This document shows positions 49,701 through 62,360 of a stretch of DNA of 64,000 bases, piece after piece. A model generated the notes under the pieces. The model was not told where the DNA came from, made no database searches, and saw nothing but the letters and a program-made list of their open reading frames with translations. Made by a program: the position numbers and the translations under genes. This DNA comes from Marsupella aquatica (Eukaryota > Plantae > Marchantiophyta), in NCBI GenBank assembly GCA_973895155.1, contig OZ316899.1:15155974-15219973 (forward strand), given 5' to 3'. How positions within the stretch are numbered: the stretch's first letter is position 1; each line of letters begins with the position of its first letter.

Positions 49701-50437
49701 TTGCCCCCTGCCATAGTATTGGGCACCAGCCTGGGATCTACCACTAGTACCACCTTGCCAACCTTGATCAAAGGTCAGCCCCCCCTGCTGGTATGGTGCA
49801 TGCACAGGCTTTGAAGGCAAAACAGAACTGGCAGGACGCTGCATCACATCACCAACTACAATGTCAGGAACTAAGCAAGGTACATATGTGTAGTACTGAA
49901 CATATGAAACCTCCAAATAAGAGTTTTTAACTCAAAACCTTGTTGGGAAAACTACTTACCTGTTTCTTTTGGGGCTGCTTTGCAATGTATTCATCTTCAT
50001 AACCCCCATCCTCATCCATTTCCTCTGGAAAATACTCATCATCTGCATCTTCTTGTCTAGTGTCTGCACCCACCTGTGCAGCATCCATGTCATCTCCACA
50101 TTCTGCCATTGTAGGTACCACCTTCTTGCTCAACCTGTCACTCCGACGCACAGGCCCAGAGATAGTGCTGGTCACCCTTCTTGCGTACTCCTTTTGTTTC
50201 TTTGAAAATGCTGTGGCTCTACGACATTCCAATATGAGAATACAGTCACAATTTCAGTGCAACATTGAACTATTCATGTCACACAAACTCAGCGGAGGGG
50301 TGTAGTTGAGAATTGTTCCCTTACAATTCAACCACATCCTTTTCCAGATCCAGTTCTGCGATTTTGGCTTTCACGTATGCTCGTTGTTCCATAGCTTTCC
50401 TTTCATACTCACACATCTCTGTGTCACTCTGTTCCAT
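46732..50437 (-). pseudogene. En/Spm TnpA-like (ORF2) multi-exon gene
   Basis: WARLVAYF..KKSSQM..R..V..GRTG (Ptta/En/Spm-like, 48236-48889); C-terminal FHGKRIPPGYSVV..LPIP..TLGDAAGSLVLWP (Tnp1-like); Gly/Gln-rich short exons with GT-AG junctions. The exon structure is not fully resolved and the gene may be intact. Confidence 0.75.
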
Positions 50438-50593
50438 CCTACTGGACCACAAAAACATGTCATCTATGGTCACCCCGTATAACACAATGCAACCACAATG
50501 ACCAGGCATCCATCCATACATCTATGTTGCTTCAGAATTACTTTATTACACATCCTTCCCCTCACTAATGTCCATGCAAACAATTCACATTAC

Positions 50594-53500
50594 TCATGGC
50601 ACAGGCACACTGTTGGCATCTGCATCTCTGAATTCGCCTCCTTCAGCAAATGCATCTACCCTTGTCACAGGAATGAAGTCCCCGCTATCATGAACTACAG
50701 GCACTTGGTCTGAACGCCGACGATCAAAGGCTCTATGAGAGTGTAAATGAAACTCAAGGTTTGATCCTTCCATCCGACGTTGCCTGGCCTGTTTATGACA
50801 CACTACACGCCAACCTGGGGAGTCTTCCACATCTAGGAAGAAAGCTTGCTCCACCTAACTGGGAAACACAAATGGCTCAGACCATTCGGGCAATTTCCCT
50901 CTGAAATTGGCCAGCAAGAAACCGTCGTTGTCTCTCTTCATGGTAGCCCTGTTACCAAGCCAATCCTGCCGCACCCATGAACCTTTCATAAGAATCATAG
51001 GACTGGACACCGCCCCATAGTCCAGAGCCCATATGTCAACTAATTCTCCCACATATCCCATCTCCATCCAGGCCCTGTCATGATTGCGGCTCTGTTGCTC
51101 AAATACAATGATGAGCCCACAGTCATTCATCACCTTGTAGGCACTGTCACCATCCTTCACTCGAAAGTGATTCCCATATGCTCTCATCCATTTGTAAGTC
51201 TTCACTTTCAGGCTAGGGGCATTAGACAGTAGGTAAACGTCTGCATCCATGTCTGGGTGGGTCTCGTGATGCTCTCTAATTGCCACTCTGATCCACTCCA
51301 TGAAACCTGGAAAATTTGTTCCTACAGTGGAATGGGCCGCCTTCAATGACTCATACTCCCTGAACAAACAACCACACAGCATTAACTTGGGTAAACATGA
51401 ACAGGCTGAAGGAGAAAACCACACGCACACAACATTTAAGCTCATAGCACATGTATGCACTCACTGTATCCAGGGTTCCATCACCACAGTGTTATGCAAT
51501 ACAAAGTCATGTGCCAAGTCTCTCATAGATATGGTCAGGTTCTTTGTGGTTGCAGCCCCTTCCAGTACTTCACCTATCACCCCTTCCTCCTCATCAGAAT
51601 TCCACACCCTGGTCTTCACATGCTCATATTGTGCTATGTATTCGGTCAGAAATCCCAGAGTCTCATCCTTGATGTAACCTTTAGCCATGCTTGCTTCAGG
51701 TTTGTAATATGTTCTCACGTGACCTTTGAGTAGTTTCATGTACCGTTCCAAAGGGTACAACCAATGAGCACTCACAGGCCCAAATTGGTGTAGCTCTTCC
51801 ACAACATGGACAAGTAGGTGGGTCATGACATCAAAAAATGCAGGAGGAAAATAAATCTCCAGGTCACACAGCACCTGAGCGACATCTTCTGTCAATTGTG
51901 GGAAGTGTGTTTCATCCCAAACCTTCACACAAATACGACGAAACACATCACTGAGTCGCATGATCACATTACGAACAGGCTTCTGCAACAGGCCCCTTAG
52001 GCATAAAGGCAACACCTGTTGCAGCAACATATGGTAGTCATGGCTTTTCATACTACCAAGCTTTCTAGTCATGATATGCTTCTTGAAAGCACTGCCATAG
52101 TTTGAAGGAACCTTCAAAGAACTCAACCTTTGCACAAATAGTTCCCACTTTGTGTCTGTCAGAACATAGGGTGCTTGGTACTTCAAGAGCACATCAACTC
52201 TGTGGGCATGTGGCCTCAACCAAAGATGGGGTTTCATTCCCCTCTGTTCAAGATCCAATCTCACTGAACCAGTGTCTTTCTCTCCACACAAGAATCTGAG
52301 TAGACTCTCACAAATATTCTTTTCAATGTGCATAACATCAATGTTATGTTTGCTTGGCTCAAACTCCTGCACCGTTGCAATGCAAAAGCGTCAGCAAATG
52401 CCTCAAGTTTAGTCTCTCTCTTCGAAATGAATGCACATGCTCTGAACCAAAACATGTATCCCAATTAGCATCAACTCCAAGAGGCTTACCCTCCAGTACT
52501 TGAGCTCCAAGTCCAATATGCTCAGTCTTTTTACACCATATCGCTTTATTGGATGACTCACTCCATCTTCCCTGCCCCCTCGTTTGATATAGTCATCCCT
52601 CAGTGCTCCCCACTGCCTGATCTCCTCTTTGGTCACTCGTGCCGGGGGTCCACGTTGCTCAATGTCATTGCCAAAGTGTGCAATCAGTGCCTGTCTTTCT
52701 CTGTAAGGGTGAGCTGCCTTCAGAAAATGACGATGGCCCATGTATATCACTTTCTGCAGGGCTCTGGAGTACTCACTGGTGACATTGCGCCCACAGATAG
52801 TACAAGCACAATATCCTTTTGTTGTTTGGCCTGATATCATCCCATGGGCTGGGTAGTCAGCTATAGTCAGAATGACAATGGCTCTAAGGATGAATGGGTT
52901 TAACCTCCCAAGCCTCTGTAGGACATCATATGTGAGAACTCCTTCCTCCCAAAGCTTTCTCAATTCCTCCACTAGGGGAGCCAGAAACACATCTATGTTG
53001 GCAGATGCAGCACTGTCTGGCCCTGGTATCAGTAGGACCATCAGAACAAAAAATCGCTTTGTAGTCATCCAAGGAGGAAGGTTATAATTCAAAATAGTTA
53101 CAGGCCAGCACAAAAATTTGTTGTTCTTGTCTCCAAATGGGTTTACCCCATCCAATGACAGCCCAAGTCTGAAATTCCTCGGCTCAGCAGCAAATTCGGG
53201 ATACATCTCATCTATGAGTTTCCACTGCCTTGAATCTGCAGCATGTCGTTGTAGCCCATCATCACTTTTCTTGTCAGTTGCCCAAGTCATCATCTCCGAG
53301 ATGGCACGGCTTCTGAACATCCGCTGAAGTCTGGGAATGAGTGGAAAATGACGAAGTACCTTGGCGGGAACCATAGACTTTCCTGAGTTCCGATACCTAT
53401 GCTTCCCACACTTAGGGCATGTCAACGATTCTTTATACTCCTTTCTGAAAAGAACATGCCCATCAGGACAGGCATGGATGGAATCATAGTTCAATCCAAG

Positions 53501-54341
53501 ATTAGATATGCATCTTTTTGCCTCGTACATGTTCTTGGGAAAAATATTACCATCTGGTAGCACAGTTGTTCGCAAGAATGCCAACAACTCAGAAACTAAA
53601 ACGTTGGGGACATTGTGGTTGCCGCAAATGTTCAGGAACATGATGACAAATCCCAGTTTAGAACATTTGCTACCGGGGTACAAAGAGTTCTTGCCTTCCT
53701 GTATTTGCAGGGGAGAGCCAAACATCCCATCATGCCCAGGGGTTTCCTGCCCTATCTCAAACTCATCAAGAGGCTCTTCGACAGGGGGCACACTTGCATC
53801 TGCAGCCGTATCCTCTTCGTTGTCCAGCCCATCGTGAAATGCATCCAAGTCTTGGAAGATGTCTCTCACCATCTCTTCCACATGAATTCCTTCGTCACGT
53901 GGTGCTGCCTGAGCACCATCCCGTTGGAGAGCTGACAACCCACAGAGACCAGCTACAACATTGTCAAATGCACCAGGTAGAACCTCACTTGCCCATCTTG
54001 CAGCATTGGCAGCATCAAATTCTAACCTCCACTCCTCGTCGGAAGAATCTTCCTCTGCAGGATCATTCCAAACTTGATGTCATGGATCTCTTCCATGAAC
54101 CGCGATATGCCGCCAAACCTCATTCAGACCCCTGGTATGGGATCCTTGGCAGATTGCACAAGGACATCTCATCCTATTGGCTCCTGAAAGTCTGGTTCGT
54201 AACCTTTCACGCTGCCAAAGCTTATTATCATGGCGTGATATCCTTGTGGGATGATGCAAAGGCAGTGCCTGTGCTCTGGGCTGGGTTTGGGGAGGGTGGT
54301 GACCAGGGTGCATTGTAACAGGCTGGAAGCTCTGCAGTCAT
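50594..54341 (-). pseudogene. En/Spm (CACTA) TnpD-like transposase
   Basis: RMRCPCAIC (transposase-associated domain); IHACP..CPKCG, LRHFPLIPRLQR, LGLSLDGVNPF, YNLPPW, ADYPA (Transposase_21); intron 52367-52489; IDVMHIEKN, MKSHDYH, FPPAFFDVMTHL..YPLERYMK (DUF4218); EPFVFPS*VEQAFF (DUF4216) with an in-frame stop at 50855-50857. Confidence 0.95.
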
Positions 54342-54845
54342 GGACAACAGTGAACAGGGATGCCTAATGGTGGTATTTGTGTTCCATATATCCCTGACTG
54401 TATGTGCCAAAAGAGTTAACATAACGTGTAATAAATTCTCACAAACCCTAAACCACCCCAAAAGAAAAAAACAGGTTTGCGAGTAGTGTACCTATTGTCA
54501 AGTGAATGACACAAAATTCCTCAATGTTTGAGGGTGTCACCACCTTCACAGCTGTCCTCAAATGTACCGCCTCTGCATGTACACCCATGACCATATCAGA
54601 GTCCAATCATGTATAGTCATAGGCACAGGTGTGAGAGCGGTATCAGATATCTCACCGCCGAGATTTGAGCCCACCCAGTACGTTTACAGTGACACCCCCA
54701 GGCAGCAGGAAACAACAATCCGCCAACAGTAAAATAAGCCCAACTGCCACCAACCATAACAAGGTACATTAGTTCAAAGATCACATTTATTTCAATGATC
54801 TGATTTATACAAAAAAACTTGTGTCCAAATTGATGCTACTACTCC

Positions 54846-56984
54846 TCACTCTGATTCAGAATCGCTAATGACCCATTCCTCACTTGTTGTCTCATAGTCC
54901 TCTCTGTAAGGATCCTGACCCTTCCGTGGCCAGGCCTCAAAAAGATCATAGTCCATTGGGTTTTGACGCTTCCCAGCTGCTACTGATTCCACAAGCCAAG
55001 CATATGAAACCACAAACACATTATGGGACATGACATAAAAGCGAATGTCTCCCTTCCCAAACTTGCGGCAGGCTTTGGGATATGACTTAGTAATGACATG
55101 AGTGGTGTCCTCTGTTATCCTCCACTGTCCCACCTAGGTCAAGCACCGTGGACTTGTACACTTTGCACTTAACCTCTCCAATTCCCGCCTCCACAAATAC
55201 CATGCTCAGCCCTTTCAGAATGGGGGTTGGTTGCTTTGTCTCCTCAGCCAACATACTCTTCAGCCTTCTAGAGCTCTGTCCTTTGTTGAGTATAGGTCCA
55301 TATTGGACATCAGCAAGCCGTGCCTTTGCTTCCCAGACTTCTTGTTCAGCCCAAGCTGATGCAGTAGCTTCTTCATCCTCCCACAACTCATATTGCTCAG
55401 TATCCTGTACAATCTGATGTGCTATGGAATCTGTGATCCAAGAGGCCTCAACTACTTTTAGGCCTTGCTTAGTAATTGCAGAATTCATGTAGGACCATGA
55501 CCACTTCTTTATCACTGATAGCCATGTCCCTGCAACAACATGTGTAGTCTCTGGAGTGATGTCCTGAACTACAGTGCCATGGAGCTCAGAGAATCATTTC
55601 TGTACAGTTGGCCAATGCACTTTGGTCAACCCATGCTGGCCATGGACCAAAATGGCTCTGACCCCTGTAAACACTGCTTGGTGGTCACACTTTCTACGTT
55701 TCCCAGGCTCCATGTACACACACCCTACGTGATGATAGTGAATTTTGGAAGAATGGGTTCACCTGACAATACAAGGACAACAAAATTCCTTTTTTTTAGT
55801 TGATCTGGCCCACTGGTGCTTAGGTCCAATTTTGATAGGTACAAGGGATATCTGAACAATACGTACTAGGCACCTGCACGGATGCAGGACATTGTTTGAA
55901 TATATACTACAAAATCCATATCGAAGGTGAAATGAAGTGCAACCAACTTGTCATGGCACATACATATTTTGTTGTAAAGGAGGATACGTTCAATGACAAA
56001 CTTATAGGGCAATTTGATTAATTGCATGCCTGATAATTTATACGCTTACAACTTAGAAGTCCTATTTTAATTTAGCAGTCTGATGAAAGTGTTTATGAAA
56101 ATGACCACTCAGCCTAAATACTTCCAAGAAGGCTTGTAAGGATAAGTTTTTATAGGCATGTACCCAGCCACTGACGCCAGAGCACAAGATAAGTGTTGCC
56201 TATATAAACTCGCCTACCCAACTCCTTTTCAAAATTGGAATCTCTGCAATCTCAAAAAATAGTACATCCACATCAAGTGCACTGTGCATGTACAATGTTC
56301 AGCTTCACAGCCAAGATATGTGATCTCTCACAAGAGTGCGCGAGGTAGGATCAATGGCATGGCAATGACAATAAAATATCCATCGATCAACACCATGTGC
56401 AGAGTGATCACAGATTTCTCTATCACAAGCATAACCCTCTGCTTGACGATCTTTCAGGCAATGATAGTGCCACATGGTGGGACACCTAGCACAGTGGACT
56501 ATGTCAGTCTAGTACTCATGATCATGCTCACCACATGCCTTGCACCTATGAAGTGGGCAAGCTGTGGCATGAGCAGGCAAACACTCAAAACAGAAAAATC
56601 TCACACAAAAATGGTCTGGACATTTCCTAACATTTGCTGCTGCATCAACAGAGCCCTCATAGGACCCCAACTTCCCACACTGTGCACACTTAGCCTGCTT
56701 CTCCAAACAATCAGTGCACATCTAGTCTCCCTGGTGTGTTGACGGGAGGCCCACCCCTGGACAGTTGTTTTCTGCAGCAAGGTCAGACTCCGGGTTGAGG
56801 TGGAAATGCCTCATGCAAGGACCCTCACAAATGACCAGGCCCCCACCATCGTCACAAATGGCACAACAATGAGTTGCCTTCTGGAAAATCTGACTTGCAG
56901 AGAAGTTAGTAGCATCTGCCCCAAGTACACCTGTGTTTCTCACCTCTATCACACGCTTTTGGCTTGAATTTTAGGTCGTGCCAT
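54846..56984 (-). pseudogene. EDM2-like composite PHD fingers plus tandem BRCT domains (TE cargo)
   Basis: CAICDDGGGLVICEGPCMRHFH..C..C, CAQCGKLGS..C..C..CPLHRCKAC..CARCPTMWHYHCL..IFYCHCHAID (56300-56950); then VFTG..GTVVQDITPETTHVVA..VVEASWITDSI and GGTVE..THVIT..VVSYAWLVESV (54900-55700). Several stops and frameshifts. Whether the two parts form one gene is inference. Confidence 0.75.
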
Positions 56985-57642
56985 GCCTGCGCATGAGATA
57001 GACTCTACAATTTAGCAGACTGCACAGAAAGTAAAATATATTTAGCATTTAAGGTACAAAGGCATTTGCTACTGCAATGAATTGGAATGGCCACACAAGG
57101 ATGCAGAGCAGACATGCTTTTGGTATGTTGAGCCCACACACAAACCTGATCCCCTAATACAATTGCTCCACCAACACCTCAATTTTAATTGTGGCTATGA
57201 TTCACCAAAGGAGATCTGCAACAACATTTCATGCATTTGAATCACATACAATAGTCGTGACATGTAAAACATGCATTCTTCGAAGAGGATTGGTATGAAG
57301 CAGTGTCATAAGGGTTGAAATTTATACATCCTAAATAGGCTATGATAGTGGCTGAGACAAATAAGTGATGCATAAATCACATTTTACAGGTTATCACATG
57401 GCCCATTAATTCATTGAACGTTGCAATGTTCACCAGGTTAAAGCAGTCATGAAAGCAGTCTTTCAATAGAGACTTTTATGCGAGTTTGCTAGCCTCTTAA
57501 ATTAGGATATTTTGCTTAGTGCAGGCATAATAGGATAAGTTATGTACTGTTGGCCCTAAACCCTGGACCCAAAATTGCTCATACATCAAAATTTTAAGTA
57601 AATATCCTCTGTGTTGAAGTCAGAGTGTTAAGCTATAGGTCA

Positions 57643-58170
57643 ATGGTATCTGGTCTGTGCATGCGGTGTGACAAGTGGTCCTCTAGAGCATGTGATCCAA
57701 ACATGTGTAGACACCAAAGTCACCGGTGGTGGGGTGTGGGAGGGCAGGACAAGTGACATCACCAGGCACACTGCAGGATGGCGAGTGGTTCCAGATGATA
57801 CATTGTGCTCTGTGCAAAAATTGGCATCCAAGAGAACGGTCATCCAATTCTGGGCCAGAAGCCCTACAGGCAGGACAGTCATATTGGCAACTGTGTACAC
57901 ACCCTTGGCACCTAATTTGTGGCGGGTCATGTACAAGAGACACAAATACCAAGGATGTCGGGAAGGGTACTGAAGCAGGTACAAGCCGGCTGTAGTTGTT
58001 CCTGGAAACAACAGGGTACTCAAAGTACCATGCAGACTGGGCTGGAAGGATCCCAAGTCTGACATACTCAAGGTGCAACATCTCTGCCTTGCGTGCAAGT
58101 CACACATGTTCAGCGTTGCGGGTCCTCACCATAAGTGTTGCTTTTGTTGTGATGTCCTCTGTTCACGTCC
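57643..58170 (+). pseudogene. Cys/His-rich, possibly PHD-like, frameshifted coding remnant
   Basis: Across frames: VCACGVTS, DGEWFQMIHCALCKNWH, QLCTHPWHLICG, HLCLAC and CCFCC. Confidence 0.3.
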
Positions 58171-59141
58171 TTTGATGAGCAAGGTGAGCGGGAGGTCGAC
58201 TTGCCTCGCCAACAGCAACCAACCTAAACTAATCAGTTCCCACTCATTGTCTTGGTTCCAACTAAAGGTCATAGTATACACATAGCATGAAACGTGCATA
58301 GTACATATTTGATTCTGAGTTTATGAGTTTCCTAAGACAAAGAGCTTGGTGATAAACCCATGTTCTTGACGGACATGTATATCAATCATATTAAAATCCT
58401 GTTTTTTCATCCAGAAAGACCGAAAGTCTCACCTTGCAGGTTGCAGCAGAGAGAAAAATCATTGGTTGTCGTGTTGTGCAAGTGAACCTCCACTGATGCC
58501 CCCGGTGTAGCCCCTCAGATGCAGGTGACACTTACCAACTCCCAAGTTGCCTGGTCTAACAGAAAATGCTTATATCTTCAGAACTTTATAGAGCAAGTAC
58601 ATGATCACATACTTCTGGATCTATTCATATTTGGAACTCTTGCCAACTACAACTCCCATTATGCACAAGCTCACATGAACAGAGAAAGATACAGAATGCA
58701 TACTTACTATGACTCTAAGCACCTTCACTACCTTGTTGAACCCAGTCCTGAAGTCTTTTCACGTGTTTGTTGTGCTGTCTCCTTTGGCACCCAACACCTT
58801 AGTCCTTGATGTAACAGAATGCAATTTTACAAGTTAGATGCTTTGGAACCTTCTATGGTCTTAGCTGAATTGATGTCATCGTAAGTGGTGAAAGACAAGG
58901 AAGACGAAAGCTGGTTGAAGAGCTGTGGACAACACACTAGCATGAAGTGCTTCAACCAATCCACTGCCAAACGGAACTCTTACACAGTCACATTCTTTCA
59001 GTAAACAGAAACTCAGTCAAACTTCATAATCAAAGTACAGACTCTGAAGGACCAAAGGAGGATGTTGTGAGTTTCTCTGTTGTTTAATGTGTTACCCTTC
59101 TAGTTTCGAAGTTAGCAAATGCTGAATAATGTGTCTACCAG

Positions 59142-59482
59142 ATCTTCGAAAAGAAGCCCACCACAATTAAGAACTTTTGTATCTGGGTGAGGTATCAGAG
59201 TCGTACAGGTTATCCCAACATGTACAAGAAATATTGTGATACCACATTGAACATTGCTGTAGAGCAGATGTATGATGAGATGGCTTCTTGTCATAGAGTT
59301 CGGTTCCCTTGCATCCAGATCATCAAGACTACGATAGTCCTGTCTCTCTATGCAAGCGAGAAAGTACCAAGCAGTTCCATGATTCAAAGATCAAGTTCCC
59401 CTTGACGTACCGCAAGATTCAATCTCCATCGCGAAAGCTAAAGACGACTTACAAGGCCACCAAGCCCAACACATTTGTTTGA
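59142..59482 (+). pseudogene. RPL18A: 60S ribosomal protein L18a (eL20) 3' exon fragment
   Basis: [62 protein letters not shown], a frameshift, then [27 protein letters not shown]. Preceded by a CAG splice acceptor. Confidence 0.93.
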
Positions 59483-61324
59483 GTAGTGCGGGTGCAGGTT
59501 CCCAATTTTGAAACAATTTGGCTCATTTTATGTCCCGAGGGACTCCAGGAGTTTATGTATTGAGTTTCTAGGTCAAGATGCTTAATATAAGGAAATTCAA
59601 TTATCACTTCGTTCCCAACTTCTATTAATTGAATATACACAAGCTGGAAGCAAGAAGACAAGCCACAATCTAGCATCTTAGCCAAACACAATCGTCCCGA
59701 CAAAGCAAAACTCAGCTGGACAGAAGTCACTCGGATCCACAAAAAATTGAAGATTCACCTCCAAGCCGGAGGCCGATCACTTCAGTACAGCAGCTTCTGG
59801 ACGGAACAAACTCTGCTCAGCCCCACATAAACACAAATGTTAAGGCTCCAAGTCAGAGCTCACAAACAAAAACTCAGATAAATAACATTCAAAATCTGTC
59901 AAGGTTTGTGCAAAGTGTACATATTCATTCTTCTGGAATGAACATGCAATGCATACATCGCCTAGACACAGTCATTATAAATCATTGGGCAATTGGGGAC
60001 CACTAAGCAGGTGTGTTCCTATTTCGAGGCTACAGGAAAGGATAGAGTGACACCAAACTGAAGAGTACACCAAAAGAAAAACAGCAAGAACCAAAGTCAA
60101 TCATGTGTGGATAAACTGCACATGGGAAGTTCCCCTGAAGAAGCATCAGTTGCTAACATTGTCACCCGAACCACACCCAGTTTATTACCTCAATGTCTTC
60201 AGCCTCAATATCCAATCCTCAGCCCCCTGGTGCTTCCGTGTTTGTTCTGAAAATTTCCGTGATGAAATAATTATTCAATACATTCAATAGCAAAGAGAAC
60301 TCAATCACAAAAGAAAAATAGTTAGTGTGAATGTTAATTTCTCAACACTTAACTAAATTCAAACCACCAATTCAAGTAGTAAGTTTCAAAAACTTGCCTT
60401 TACATGAAGAGAAACCAATTGGCCATGCATGTTACTAAAGCAATAAACAAATAATTAGGCTCAACCCCGGGCTCAACACACAGGCAAACTACTCGAAACA
60501 TGTTGCTGAGAAGTAGCATTTTTTGAATGTCAGACTATGTGTAAGTGCCATGATCGTGCTCCTACGTTTCACAAGGAGGGCTGACCCGAAAGGGAGAAGC
60601 AACAATGTGGAGTCTATACACGTAGCACAAATCCCAGTTTAGAAGGGTGGATGAAGTTCAGACAAGAGTTCAGAACTTGCCATTTGAGATTGTCAATCTG
60701 AACTTCACATTCAGACAGGACTTCATCCAGTTCAGGAGTTCAGATAGGAGTTCAGACAATCTGAAGAGGACTTTGGACTTGAATGAGGGACAGCATGGCC
60801 ATATAGTTATCCTTGTGGCCTTCAGCTGCGTGTCTCAGGCTGAATTTCACTTTCCAGTTTCGAGAGTTCTGAAGGTCTAGTTTTAGTAACTTCCTCCTAA
60901 CTCGACTTGGGAGCATTCTCCCTATTTGCTAGCTTGTAGTTAGCTTTGACTCCTGTGAGCTTAGTTGACGACCCTCTTGAGATATTAACAATTAGAACAA
61001 ACACAAGTTGTCAAGACAGATTCCACCGGAGCAAAAAGTCCAAAATCAGGTGAAAGAAAACCTAAGGAAAGTCCATAAGAACGAAAGTAGGAAGGCAGGT
61101 GCACGGGCCACCGAGAAAAGTAAAGGATGCATGTGATTAGTGGGGAGGGATCTTAGCAAAAACAGGGGAAAGCAAGGGAACTTGCTGCTAAAATCAGCTG
61201 AACGATTGCACGGTTCCTATAAACTTAGTGGACCTTAAGGCCGTCTGTTCACCCCCCACCCCATCGCCAGAGCACGGGGCACAAGGCATGTTCTGATATA
61301 GGGAGGAGCAAAACAGTCATGTCA

Positions 61325-62360
61325 AGCAAGAAGTGTGGAGAGACCAATCAGTAAGCAAAAATAGGGGAGAACATACATACATCAGCAGCAACAGGAAACA
61401 AGAAAGATGATTTTGGGTGGCATCTTAGGGTCGGGGACACCATTGCAACACCGAGACTTAGGATATGACTTGTTCTTAATCTGCTAGTAGCATCCGGCAG
61501 GCCGGCGACCCATGGCAAAAGGGCAGAGCAGCAATCTGCTAAAACTACCGAGTCTCACCTTTGCGCTACTGACTGTCACCTTTGTCCAAGGTAGCTAGTA
61601 ATAGCAAGTTGAAGTCCCGCTCCAAGTTGTTGGCTTCCACTCCAAGCTCCCTAAAAGATTGTGGCCTCAGGTCCAAGTCGTCAGTTCGCACGCGCAACTC
61701 CCTAAACCTACACACAGCGAAAGCTTAGCTCACCAACAACTTGCAGAAACAATGACCTCCCCTCTGAAACTGATAAAAACACCTGAATACAAATAGTGAA
61801 GCACGAGGACAGAACAGGGAGAAGCGTTTTGCAGTTTGGGACGACAATGCTAGGAGTGTATACACTTCGAGCAACAGGGAGGTCCAATAACAGTTTGAAT
61901 CTGACGGATGAAGCTCTAGGCGAATGAGCTCCAGGAGATTGGGTGCATGATTGAGCAGGCGATTGTAACAGTAGGCACCGGGCAATTGAAGGAAGCAGCA
62001 TTCGGCAATGGACCTAGGCAGCTCGCAAATTTTGCTCAGCAGCGATGTCACCTAGACCCTAAACACGCAATGCATACATCACCTAGACAACTATACTTGC
62101 AGCCACGAGGTGAGTCCGCGATAGGGGATTGAAGGAAGCAGCAAGTCCAGCAAGAAGTGTGGAGAGACCAATCAGTAAGCAAAAATAGGGGAGAACAGAC
62201 ATACATCAGCAGCAGCAGGAAACAAGAAAGATGATACTCTGTTCCATCTTAGGGTCGGGGACACTACTGCAACACCGGGACTTAGGATATGACTTGTTTT
62301 TAAACTGGAGATAGCATCCGGCAGGCCGACGACCCATGTCAAAAGGGCAGAGCAGCAATC
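61325..62360. repeat. Dispersed direct repeat pair (~212 bp: 61325-61536 and 62149-62360)
   Basis: AGCAAGAAGTGTGGAGAGACCAATCAG...GGGCAGAGCAGCAATC present twice with scattered differences. Confidence 0.9.

Noticed and set aside
61137-61144. TAGTG followed by GGG as the right end of the CACTA element starting at 25991
   Set aside because: Only the 5-bp core matches. The rest of the TIR is absent and the interrupted LTR sequence does not resume after it.
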